A stretch of 64,000 nt of DNA from a virus (Duplodnaviria; Caudoviricetes), in the IMG/VR virus record IMGVR_UViG_3300031414_000005. One strand, 5' to 3'. Made by a program: the position numbers and the translations under genes. How positions within the stretch are numbered: the stretch's first letter is position 1; every line of letters starts with the position of its first letter. Of this stretch, positions 55,598 through 64,000 are shown in pieces. The notes under the pieces are model-generated. The model searched no databases. It was given only the letters and a program-made list of their open reading frames with translations, and had not been told where the DNA came from.

Positions 55598-56122
55598 ATG
55601 AGCATTGAAATGTTGCTGATAAAAAAGAAGAAGAGTAAGCCGGTCGCGTCCATGACCTACCCGCAGTTTCAGGACTGGTTGAAAGCTAACTCGTCGAAAG
55701 TCATCGCGGATACCGCCACCGCCACCCCTCAATCGCGGTACCAAACCCCCAGCTACGGTTACGCCAACATGCCCGCCGCGCCAGCGCAAACCATGTGGGG
55801 GTCACCGTACAAAGGTTTGTTCACCCATGACTCGCCGATTGCACGTATCATGCAGCACGCCATCCCGCCTGCGGTGTACGAAGAGATCCGGGCCAACACC
55901 CGCATCTGTATGTTCCGGTTCCTGGACTACAACACCTACCCCAACTACGTCAGTGTGACCCGCAATGGGTTTACCAGTAACAACTACACCAGTTTCAGGG
56001 GCTACCATTGTAATGACTTTGTGTATTACGATGCCACTAAGGGAATCATGATGCGTTATAACCCGTTGACGGATAACACTCCTGTTGCGTTTGACGGCAC
56101 ATTACTTCCTTCCACGAGCTAA
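55598..56122 (+). CDS. probable virion/tail-associated paralogue-family protein
   Basis: N-terminal MSIEMLLIKKKK resembles the M.E.LL starts of phiKZ-like tail accessory paralogues. Confidence 0.55.
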   Translation: MSIEMLLIKKKKSKPVASMTYPQFQDWLKANSSKVIADTATATPQSRYQTPSYGYANMPAAPAQTMWGSPYKGLFTHDSPIARIMQHAIPPAVYEEIRANTRICMFRFLDYNTYPNYVSVTRNGFTSNNYTSFRGYHCNDFVYYDATKGIMMRYNPLTDNTPVAFDGTLLPSTS

Positions 56123-56127
56123 TTACC

Positions 56128-56517
56128 ATGGCCGAGTTCTCTGTTTTTATTACCATTGTCTTTTGCATGATCTACAGCCTGCGGCGGTATTGTCGCTGCC
56201 GGCCTCTCGGGCGCTCAGCTGTCACCATAGGCGACTATAACTTTTATGAAGCCTCTGATGTGGATGAGCTAAATAAACGCTCTAACGAGCTTTACAGGCT
56301 GTTTAAGAAGGTGTTACGTGAGAGCCACATCACCATCCCCCCAGAACACGCCAAACGGACCCGCGAAGAGTTTGATCAGTTGTTCGTCTTTCACTTCGCC
56401 ATTAACCATTATAGCCCTGGTCTTGTGCTGGGTGCTTTGTGGTGGCTTGCCCCTGCTCAGCGTGACGCAGTGGTTACATCGTTTGGCATGGCCGTAAGGC
56501 GTTATGTGAAAAACTAA
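56128..56517 (+). CDS. N-terminally anchored membrane protein
   Basis: FSVFITIVFCMIYSL. Confidence 0.65.
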   Translation: MAEFSVFITIVFCMIYSLRRYCRCRPLGRSAVTIGDYNFYEASDVDELNKRSNELYRLFKKVLRESHITIPPEHAKRTREEFDQLFVFHFAINHYSPGLVLGALWWLAPAQRDAVVTSFGMAVRRYVKN

Positions 56518-56520
56518 ATC

Positions 56521-56546
56521 AGAGGCTTCCGCAAGGAGGCCTCTTT
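56521..56546 (+). terminator. intrinsic terminator
   Basis: AGAGGCTTCC-GCAA-GGAGGCCTCT + TT. Confidence 0.65.
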
Positions 56547-56555
56547 GAGGTTGCT

Positions 56556-57041
56556 ATGAATCACAACCCGCAGATCAGCGAAGGCGTGAAGCGGACAAGG
56601 AAAACCAAAAGCAAACGCACACGCCGGATTACAGTGGAGGACACCTTTACCGGTGAACTGACCTACCTGTATACCCTGCGAGCATTAGTGAGCTTTTGTG
56701 GTGATCCCAAACTGAGTGGGCAAGGCATTCTGAGCCATTACCGTAACAAGTTGTTTAAACGTCGTTACCGGTTCTCTGTGGACAGCGTCAAAGAACCCCC
56801 GGTGATCATCCGTCCTATTGAGTATTATGACTACGTTAAACACCACCGCATTATCTTTGCCAGTGTTGAGGAAGTCCAGTCGATTACCGGGAACCCGGTG
56901 AAACGGATTAAGCTCCAGTTGCTGCAACCGCAATTGGTGCTATGGTACGGGGTAGTGGTCAAGTACATTGACGACCCGCGACAGTTCCCCCGTTACGACT
57001 TAGAGGACATCGAAGAGAGCTTTAAAATCACGATCGCCTAA
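56556..57041 (+). CDS. NUMOD1/IENR1-like tandem DNA-binding repeat protein without nuclease domain
   Basis: RRITVEDTFTGELTYLYTLRALVSFCG and RPIEYYDYVKHHRIIFASVEEVQSITG resemble NUMOD1 KPVxVYDxxTGExxxFxSxxEAAxxLG. Confidence 0.55.
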   Translation: MNHNPQISEGVKRTRKTKSKRTRRITVEDTFTGELTYLYTLRALVSFCGDPKLSGQGILSHYRNKLFKRRYRFSVDSVKEPPVIIRPIEYYDYVKHHRIIFASVEEVQSITGNPVKRIKLQLLQPQLVLWYGVVVKYIDDPRQFPRYDLEDIEESFKITIA

Positions 57042-57067
57042 AAGAGGAGAGCCATTGGCTCTCCTCT
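57040..57067 (-). terminator. terminator for the tail tube/sheath operon
   Basis: Minus strand AGAGGAGAGCC-AAT-GGCTCTCCTCT + TTT. Confidence 0.75.
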
Positions 57068-57098
57068 GTTTTAGTGGTCTTTTTTTTTTGCTGTCGAA

Positions 57099-57971
57099 TC
57101 AGTTGTGGGAAACCTGAGTCTTGGCAATCTGCTGCATGCGGTTGTTGAAGCCGCTACCAGTGAACGCCTGGATGTTGGCGTCAACAGATTTGAACACAGA
57201 CGGCAACTGTTCGTAGTACGGGTTAGCACCACGGATGTTGGCCATCATCTTCTTCGCCAGCTGCATGACTTCGTAGTTCGAAATCGGCGTACCGGTAAAG
57301 GCGATGCTGTGCGTCGTTTCACCCGGCGTGTCGTCTTTGTTACGACGCGCTTCGTTGGTACCCGTTGAACGTGGCATCATGTTGACCACCAACCACGCTT
57401 TCAACGGATTCTGGAACACCGGGTCTGGCTCGTAGTACAGACAGGTCATTGAGCGCATGTCCGGCAGCAGATCCGGTGGCGGGTTATCGACGGTGGACAC
57501 CAGTGGGATCTGGGTATCCGAATCGCCGAGGCCCCAGCGGCTCCAGAAGTCAAAGACGCCATTGACCATGAAACCGTATTTCTCCGGGATCAGGTGGTTT
57601 GGCTCAGGGAACGTACGGGTGGCACCAGCGAAGTCATGCTGTTGCTTACCGCCAGCCCCGATCGATGACTCGATGAAGTTGTTGGTCTGCACTTCCGTGA
57701 AGCCCGTGATCTCGCGTGTGTGATCTTCCATCAAGGAACGGATCAGACCGTGCATGTCACCGGCACCCGGAATGTAGTCAATGAAACGCGGCGTGCTGAT
57801 CACGTTGCAGACGAGCTGCTGTTGAACGTACGCGGCGTTATCAATGAAACGGGGAATCTTCGGGGCGTAACCGAAGTTACCGCCCGTCAGGATGTTTGCC
57901 TTAACGGCATTGTTGGCGTTGTACGGCGGCTTGTTGTTCGGAGCCGTCGAGTCGCTATAACGTAAAACCAT
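57099..57971 (-). CDS. tail tube protein (phiKZ gp30-like)
   Basis: 290 aa, immediately downstream of the sheath; GAGG SD; strong codon bias. Confidence 0.85.
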   Translation of the reverse strand: MVLRYSDSTAPNNKPPYNANNAVKANILTGGNFGYAPKIPRFIDNAAYVQQQLVCNVISTPRFIDYIPGAGDMHGLIRSLMEDHTREITGFTEVQTNNFIESSIGAGGKQQHDFAGATRTFPEPNHLIPEKYGFMVNGVFDFWSRWGLGDSDTQIPLVSTVDNPPPDLLPDMRSMTCLYYEPDPVFQNPLKAWLVVNMMPRSTGTNEARRNKDDTPGETTHSIAFTGTPISNYEVMQLAKKMMANIRGANPYYEQLPSVFKSVDANIQAFTGSGFNNRMQQIAKTQVSHN

Positions 57972-57981
57972 GATTTACCTC

Positions 57982-60042
57982 TTAGGCTACGGCCGGGAGA
58001 TCGTCGCTGTTCTTCGCGATGATGCTGAAGGACATCTGGTACTTCGGCTTATTCGCATACACAGTAACGTCGCAAGACAGACGGTTGCGAGATTGACGAT
58101 CGTATTCGGTGTAGTAGCAGTTAGGTACTACCGTTACACGCCCGCCGTATTTCTTCGCAGTGCGTTCCTGGATCAGGGTGTTGCATTTCTCCAGGTACTG
58201 GTTAGAGTCCATGGTGCCGTCACCGGTGATGTCACGCCATACACGCTGGACTTCTTTCTCAACGTCGACACAGATGTGCACGGTCAGCAGCTCTTTCAGA
58301 ACCGAAGACTCGTTAGAGTACACTGTGGTCAGCGCTGGGCGGAAGGCTTTCTTCGTGTCATACGTCTGCGCATAGATCAGACCGTAAGAGAAGTTAGCAT
58401 CGCGGGCATCGTTGGTTTCCCACAGACCCTGGAAATCGTACATCGTGGAGATGATACGGTTATCACCAGCATCCGGAGACTGGGTCGGATCAGCCAGGCC
58501 ATTCGCGGCACCCACCCACGCCGACATGCGCACAGCCAGGTCGTTGATGTGGCTATAACGCGTATAGTCTTCATCACCGATCATGTAGCCATCTTGCATG
58601 ACGATTGCAGCACGACACACTTGGGTGCCATACAGGGTGGACTCTGGGAACAGATCCAACTGCGTACGCAGGGAATAACCCAGGCTGCGCTGCTGGCTCA
58701 TGGTCAGCGACTGACCGTGGATAAACGTGGACAGCACAACGTACATGTCTTTACGTTTACCGAGCAGTTCAATAAAGCTCTGCTTGGTGGTCGCGGAATA
58801 ACCGGAGTCCCAGAAGCTGTTGAACGGGAACTTGGCATCATCCAGCAGGGCTTCATCCACGCCGAAGTTTTCCAGGTACGTCTGCATCAACGTGTCCTGG
58901 GTCGCCGCAGTGATGTCGCCATCTTTACCACCCTGGCCGTAATAATACACGCCGTCTGCCAGCACGTCGCTACCTTCAGCGGCATTCTGCATATAGACAT
59001 TGTAATACGGGGCGCCAGACGGGTAAGTACCGGCTGCGAAGTTCATCTGCCAGAACGCATCGTCACCACCTGTTACCAGGCGCTGGTTAACGGACGCTTC
59101 TTCCGCAGCATACATCTTACCGAGGACTTCTTTGAGGTTCGCTTCATACAGCTTGATGTTGCCAAACGGCGGCGCGATGTCGCTGCTGCTACCATCAGAC
59201 GTCTGGTTGCTGTAGCCACGCAGTTTGTTGACCACGTAGAAACGTTCTTTGGTGTTCTCGTCAATGGCAGACTTCTTGAACGCCACGTCAACGTACGCAT
59301 CGCCGGTCGTAGTCAAACGACGTGAGGCAGTGGAGTTGATGTTTTTACGCTCAACAAAAGCCATACGGAACAGATACGCCACCTGGTCTTCAATCACGTT
59401 GTTGTTCACAGGTGAGTTGGAGAGCAGGGTGGGTGACCAGAACGCCAGACCCATGTTCTGATACGCAACACCCGGGCCTGGGGCCTGGAGCTGGAACAGA
59501 GGGTAGTAGTCGGACTGCACACCAGTGGAAGAGGTGAGCTCACCTTTGGACTTCTGCACTTGACCGTACGGGTCGGTGGTTGTGCGGTTCACCACGGTAC
59601 GCACCAGCAGGCCGTCGACTGCATCGCCATCAGCGATCAGTTTACCGTCGGTACCGCGGGCATAAGTACCATCAGCATTACGCTTATACTGTGGAATTTG
59701 ATCAGCGACGATTTCCACACCCACTGTAACAGCAGCGCGGTCATCATTGTCAGACAAACGTTTAATATAAACAGAACTCTGACCAGCACCGGCCATCTGC
59801 ATCAGCAGACGGGTGGAGTGTGAGTAGTACTTACTCAATGGATCAAAGGTTTTGCTGCCGTACTCGGACGTGAGCTGATCAACGTTGATCAGTCGCGTGT
59901 CGGTACGACCGCGCTCAGCCTGGATACCGATGACCGGCAACAGCTGAGGGTATGTTTCGGGGGCGACCACGTCAGGGAGCAGAGATCCGTCTTGGATCCC
60001 GTTGTTAATATAACGTGGAGCGCCACTTGATAAAGTTACCAT
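57982..60042 (-). CDS. tail sheath protein (phiKZ gp29-like)
   Basis: 686 aa; DDAKFPFNSFWDSGY, LFPESTLYGTQVCRA; sheath-tube synteny. Confidence 0.9.
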   Translation of the reverse strand: MVTLSSGAPRYINNGIQDGSLLPDVVAPETYPQLLPVIGIQAERGRTDTRLINVDQLTSEYGSKTFDPLSKYYSHSTRLLMQMAGAGQSSVYIKRLSDNDDRAAVTVGVEIVADQIPQYKRNADGTYARGTDGKLIADGDAVDGLLVRTVVNRTTTDPYGQVQKSKGELTSSTGVQSDYYPLFQLQAPGPGVAYQNMGLAFWSPTLLSNSPVNNNVIEDQVAYLFRMAFVERKNINSTASRRLTTTGDAYVDVAFKKSAIDENTKERFYVVNKLRGYSNQTSDGSSSDIAPPFGNIKLYEANLKEVLGKMYAAEEASVNQRLVTGGDDAFWQMNFAAGTYPSGAPYYNVYMQNAAEGSDVLADGVYYYGQGGKDGDITAATQDTLMQTYLENFGVDEALLDDAKFPFNSFWDSGYSATTKQSFIELLGKRKDMYVVLSTFIHGQSLTMSQQRSLGYSLRTQLDLFPESTLYGTQVCRAAIVMQDGYMIGDEDYTRYSHINDLAVRMSAWVGAANGLADPTQSPDAGDNRIISTMYDFQGLWETNDARDANFSYGLIYAQTYDTKKAFRPALTTVYSNESSVLKELLTVHICVDVEKEVQRVWRDITGDGTMDSNQYLEKCNTLIQERTAKKYGGRVTVVPNCYYTEYDRQSRNRLSCDVTVYANKPKYQMSFSIIAKNSDDLPAVA

Positions 60043-60166
60043 TGAAAGCTCCTAGACATAACTTGCAAGTTATTATTACCGGTGTCTAATCGTATAACTA
60101 AGACAGACAATTGTCATAGAATGTCCGTTTATTCATACATACCATCCATTATGGGGTTGCACGGCG

Positions 60167-61090
60167 ATGATCTTTCTTTCAGCCTATGACACGACTGTGG
60201 GACGCGCACAGGACGTAGAGGCATTGCGCTCACAAATTCGTTTAGCCATCGGTCGTGGGGAATACACCCCGTCGGGCAAAAGTAGCACCTTGCTGGAGCT
60301 GCTCACCAAATCCAAGAGGGATGAAACGGTTGATCCGTATCCTCATCCTTTATATCTCACCACCAACACCCGTGAAGAACGTGTGACCTACGACGCCCGT
60401 CCTTTTACTGTGTACTCACGTGACAAGAACGTTTCTGTTATTTCTGATCAGCGCCAATATGATCAGATTCAAAACCGGGCAATTCTGGAAGCGGTGTTGC
60501 GCAGTCCAAACGGGATTGACGTGTTCCGCAACATGTACAGCCTGCCAATGAAAGTTTACACGCGTTGGGTGGCCGGTACCCTGGGTCGTCGTTTCAACCT
60601 GGACTTTGATGCCCTGAAACGTCTGACCGCCTTTACCGGGTGGTTTTTTCTCGGCCTGATGGATACCGCGGAAGTCGATCCCCAGGATGACCGGGTGATG
60701 ACCAAGAAGGTCAACCAGCTATCTGATCAATGTAAACTGCCACGGGAATACGTCCTGGAGGTCGTCGGCGAATTACCGGCAATCAACAGCATTCCGCAGT
60801 TTGTGGATATCCTGCGTCAACAAGAGTGGGCCGATTCATTGCGCCAGCTGGACATCCGTACGTTCCTGGTGTTGATGGTAGGTGCCTGGTTTGGTTACGG
60901 TGCCCGTGATATCGTGGGGGCGAGTCTTGAACACCTGCCCACTTTCTTTACCCTGATTTACACTGCCTGCAATGACAATGCATTCCGTGACACCCCGTTC
61001 GGCAAACTGCTGCGGGATGAGCGTGAGTTCAAAGATGCGAAACTTGCCTACATGCGTAACTTTGGGTATGCGACTGGAAAATGGAGATAA
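60167..61090 (+). CDS. virion structural protein (phiKZ gp28-like)
   Basis: Divergent from the sheath; MIFLSAYDTT start; synteny. Confidence 0.75.
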   Translation: MIFLSAYDTTVGRAQDVEALRSQIRLAIGRGEYTPSGKSSTLLELLTKSKRDETVDPYPHPLYLTTNTREERVTYDARPFTVYSRDKNVSVISDQRQYDQIQNRAILEAVLRSPNGIDVFRNMYSLPMKVYTRWVAGTLGRRFNLDFDALKRLTAFTGWFFLGLMDTAEVDPQDDRVMTKKVNQLSDQCKLPREYVLEVVGELPAINSIPQFVDILRQQEWADSLRQLDIRTFLVLMVGAWFGYGARDIVGASLEHLPTFFTLIYTACNDNAFRDTPFGKLLRDEREFKDAKLAYMRNFGYATGKWR

Positions 61091-61096
61091 CTCCAC

Positions 61097-63682
61097 ATGG
61101 CCGAAATTCTTCAAAACCCGTTGCTTGCGCACGCCGTGAAGAACAGCTGGATTAATCCCCAGATCGATCGGCAGTTCATCGTTGGGTTGGCACGCCGCTC
61201 CCGGCCACTGGGTGACATCAATTACCTGGATATCCTGGGACAACGTCAATACCTCCCCAACAGCAAAGACCGTTTCCATGTCTTTGAGATTGGTCGTAAC
61301 CATCCTCAACAGTGGAACCTGGCCAACAACTACATCACCCCGGTACCGTTTGAGTATTGGGTGAAAGCCTCCGAAATCAGTGCCGCCCGTAACCTGGTGC
61401 TGAATTTCTATAATGATGCGGGGTTCCAATTCCCGCTTCAGGAAACCTGGATCAAACTGGGGCAGAACCAATCGATCCTCATCGCGGTGCGTAAACTGAA
61501 CCGTTTACGGCTGGCGTACGAAGACCGGATGTTCATGCGTTGTTACACCAATGCGTATTACAGCTATCAGCAGGACAGCACCACCCCAGCAAAGATCCAG
61601 GTGTTTGGCGGTGAGGTGGTATTGGTGGCCGATGCACTGCCGTGGCAGACCCGGTATCACCAGCTACAGGCCGGTACCGGTTATGCTCAGGCGTTCCTGA
61701 ACGGGGTGTTGGTGGCAGACATTGCCCCGTCAACCTTGACCACGGGGGATTACATTGAGGTTGTGTACGACCCGTCGGTGAAACGGGTGGACACCTATGG
61801 CATGCAGAACCTGCCGTCGTTTTATTCCGCGATGGACAGCAAACGCAAATACCTGGTGCACCCGCCGAAGTCTGCGGGGACAGAGGTGATCGATTACCTT
61901 GACGACATTGATTTCTGGATTGTGGATCAAAACGGCAAGGGGTTGTATTACCACAAGAACCAGGCCGATGCGGTGCGGATGGTGACTCACCGGGACTACG
62001 CGTTGCCAACCGCTTATGTGGGGCGTTACGCCCAGGCCTTTGCAGATTGGGTGAACAACAACAACCTCAGTGTGCGGATGGTGGTGCGCAACCCTGGCTG
62101 GGTGCGGAATCAAGGTTACGAGCACAATCGCTTGCGGGAGCTCTATAAACTGAGTGACGTGAAGATCGTGCGGGCACTGCTGGGGTTGGATGCGGTGTTA
62201 CCCGAATGGCAGGCAAGCAACCTCGAAGCCAGCCCGTATCAGAAACTGATCCGAACCCGCTACCAGGACATCACCCGTGCACAGGTGGCCGAGGCTTACG
62301 GCTACAACGCCATGACCCTGGCACTCAACGCCACCCCGGTGCAAATTGGTGACACCGAACAAGGCCGTGGGTTTATCCTGCCGTCCAGTTGCTGGTTTAA
62401 CGCCACGGTGTATGAGTACGACCAGGATGGGCTGTTGCTGGGGTTCTATACCCATGTCACGGGTGAGAACTATTTACCGGTGAACAGTGCGTGTGTGTTG
62501 ATTGAACCGCGCGCAGGGAAAGTCAGCCGTGATCTCAGCACCACCCTCGGCGTGGCCGATGTCAAACTGGATATCAACTACGGCTTCCGGGCCTACGTTG
62601 CCAGCTACAACATCGATACCCAACAACCGGTGGGGAAATGGAAAGATGTCACCGGCAGCAACAGTTACAGTGTCAGTAACGGTGTACTGAAATGGAACAT
62701 CGACAGCAGCCTGCAAATCGGGTTGGTGATCACCAATGATACGTTCCTGGGTTACAGCTTTACGCTTGAGAACCCGGACCACACGCTGACGTTTTCCTTA
62801 ACGGAAACCTGGCAAGCCGGTGGCGTTGAGATGGCGATTCCACCTGGGGATGTGGATATCTGGATGGGGGACGGCACCACGCCGTTGTCGTCACTGATTC
62901 AGGGTCTGGATTACATCCTGGATTTCCCGAAAGTCTACATCCTGAACAAACAGTATCTGTCACAAGGTGACAAGGTGTCGTTTGTGGTGCGGTGTTCGGG
63001 CTTTGCCAATGCCGACGGGACGATGCAGACAGCGCAGATCAATGACAACGGTTGGGTGGATAAAGGGGTGCTCAGTTACAATGACACCTGGAACCTGCGT
63101 GATGACCGGGCAACCCGGTGCATTGTTGGGGGTAAACTTTATCGCCGGGAGCAACTGGTGTTTGCAGAAGGTGATACCCCGCCGTTTGACCAACTCAATG
63201 GACTGAACGGTCAGCCGTATCAAGTGACCTCGGTGATTGCTGAACTGAAATACGTTGAGGATTACCAGAGCGAGACTTACCGGGCGAAAAGCCAGGACCT
63301 GGACACCCGTCTCAGCAACTACCTGACCTCGGTGATGCCACAAACCCAGAGCACGTTACCGTCGACCCAGGCGGACAAATACCTGCTCTACAGCCCGTTC
63401 CTGTGCAAGTTGATCAATGACATTGCGCTGGGGGTGTTTGTGGTGCCAGCCAGTTGGGAGTCTGAAGACCGGATTAACCAGTTGATCAAAGGGTATCTGT
63501 GGTGGCTCAAGTATGACCCGATTGTGTTGGGGTGGAACAGTGCGCGTATCTCGGTACAACCCCACAACCTTAACCGGGTGCTATACGTGAGTGCCAATGC
63601 GTACAAGTTCTTAAACCAAGTCATTCGTCTTTATCTGGATAACAAAGTGAGCCTGACTGGAGCGGTTGAAATCCAGACCTAA
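61097..63682 (+). CDS. virion structural (baseplate/tail) protein (phiKZ gp27-like)
   Basis: GGAG SD; 861 aa; synteny. Confidence 0.75.
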   Translation: MAEILQNPLLAHAVKNSWINPQIDRQFIVGLARRSRPLGDINYLDILGQRQYLPNSKDRFHVFEIGRNHPQQWNLANNYITPVPFEYWVKASEISAARNLVLNFYNDAGFQFPLQETWIKLGQNQSILIAVRKLNRLRLAYEDRMFMRCYTNAYYSYQQDSTTPAKIQVFGGEVVLVADALPWQTRYHQLQAGTGYAQAFLNGVLVADIAPSTLTTGDYIEVVYDPSVKRVDTYGMQNLPSFYSAMDSKRKYLVHPPKSAGTEVIDYLDDIDFWIVDQNGKGLYYHKNQADAVRMVTHRDYALPTAYVGRYAQAFADWVNNNNLSVRMVVRNPGWVRNQGYEHNRLRELYKLSDVKIVRALLGLDAVLPEWQASNLEASPYQKLIRTRYQDITRAQVAEAYGYNAMTLALNATPVQIGDTEQGRGFILPSSCWFNATVYEYDQDGLLLGFYTHVTGENYLPVNSACVLIEPRAGKVSRDLSTTLGVADVKLDINYGFRAYVASYNIDTQQPVGKWKDVTGSNSYSVSNGVLKWNIDSSLQIGLVITNDTFLGYSFTLENPDHTLTFSLTETWQAGGVEMAIPPGDVDIWMGDGTTPLSSLIQGLDYILDFPKVYILNKQYLSQGDKVSFVVRCSGFANADGTMQTAQINDNGWVDKGVLSYNDTWNLRDDRATRCIVGGKLYRREQLVFAEGDTPPFDQLNGLNGQPYQVTSVIAELKYVEDYQSETYRAKSQDLDTRLSNYLTSVMPQTQSTLPSTQADKYLLYSPFLCKLINDIALGVFVVPASWESEDRINQLIKGYLWWLKYDPIVLGWNSARISVQPHNLNRVLYVSANAYKFLNQVIRLYLDNKVSLTGAVEIQT

Positions 63683-63698
63683 GGCGAGGAGATTTTTA

Positions 63699-64000
63699 AT
63701 GGCTGATTCAAAGTCCATCAACAATATGTTCAGTAGTGTGTCGAGTGGGGTGGTGGCTGCACTGCAACCCACTTTGCGCACTAACACTGACCGTAAAACA
63801 ATCCTTTTCATTGATTACGTTTACGACCCGGACACCATCGGCAACAAAGACCCGTCGCAGTACATTGTGCCGCGGGTGGGTGACATGGTGATCGACCCGG
63901 AGAACGGCTGGTATCTGGTGACCTACGTGGACATCGAAGGTACCCTGAAATCCACTCTGACTCCGTGGAACCCGAAAGACGTGGTGGCGGACGATGAAAC
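63699..64000 (+). CDS. virion structural protein (phiKZ gp26-like), truncated by the window end
   Basis: GAGGAG SD; YIVPRVGDMVIDPENGWYLV. Confidence 0.65.
   Translation, partial: MADSKSINNMFSSVSSGVVAALQPTLRTNTDRKTILFIDYVYDPDTIGNKDPSQYIVPRVGDMVIDPENGWYLVTYVDIEGTLKSTLTPWNPKDVVADDE

Noticed and set aside
57970-59325. 451-aa plus-strand ORF
   Set aside because: Antisense shadow of the tail sheath gene; explained by strong RNY codon bias on the minus strand; no SD or recognisable domain
1-64000. CRISPR array or mini-array
   Set aside because: The recurring GGAG..TTCG..CTCC elements are dispersed terminators, not regularly spaced repeat-spacer units
1-64000. Stop-codon recoding (TAG/TGA reassignment), suggested by the UCA loop
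   Set aside because: Core genes are intact under the standard code, and TAA, TGA and TAG all end genes at sensible positions with tight operon packing

Overview
A 64-kb segment of a nucleus-forming jumbo myophage of the phiKZ/SPN3US type (Chimalliviridae). Codon style, SD sequences and terminators suggest a gammaproteobacterial host (inference). About 1-12 kb and 15.6-20.9 kb are accessory, mostly early, + strand operons of small genes. They include a NADAR-like protein, a macrodomain, two GNATs, a DUF488-like protein, tandem paralogues and several small membrane proteins. From 12.4 kb onward lies the conserved core: internal head protein, SNF2-like helicase, RNase H, RecA/UvsX, four fragments of the split virion RNA polymerase (beta-C, beta'-N, beta-N, probable beta'-C), a tape measure with a GH19 lysin domain, endolysin, prohead protease, tail tube, tail sheath and baseplate/tail proteins. 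I saw no canonical tRNA, CRISPR array, intron or intein. The most striking unexplained element is an ORF-free, terminator-bounded, highly structured RNA candidate at about 11.87-12.02 kb. It has two multibranched domains; the second resembles a tRNA mimic (12-bp acceptor-like helix + A + CCA, and a 5-bp/7-nt hairpin with UCA at the loop centre). Also notable are apparently catalytically dead copies of the prohead protease and of a terminase-type ATPase in the accessory region, an ORF with three SD-equipped nested starts, and a bipartite phage promoter motif. All family assignments come from motifs recognised by eye, not from database searches.
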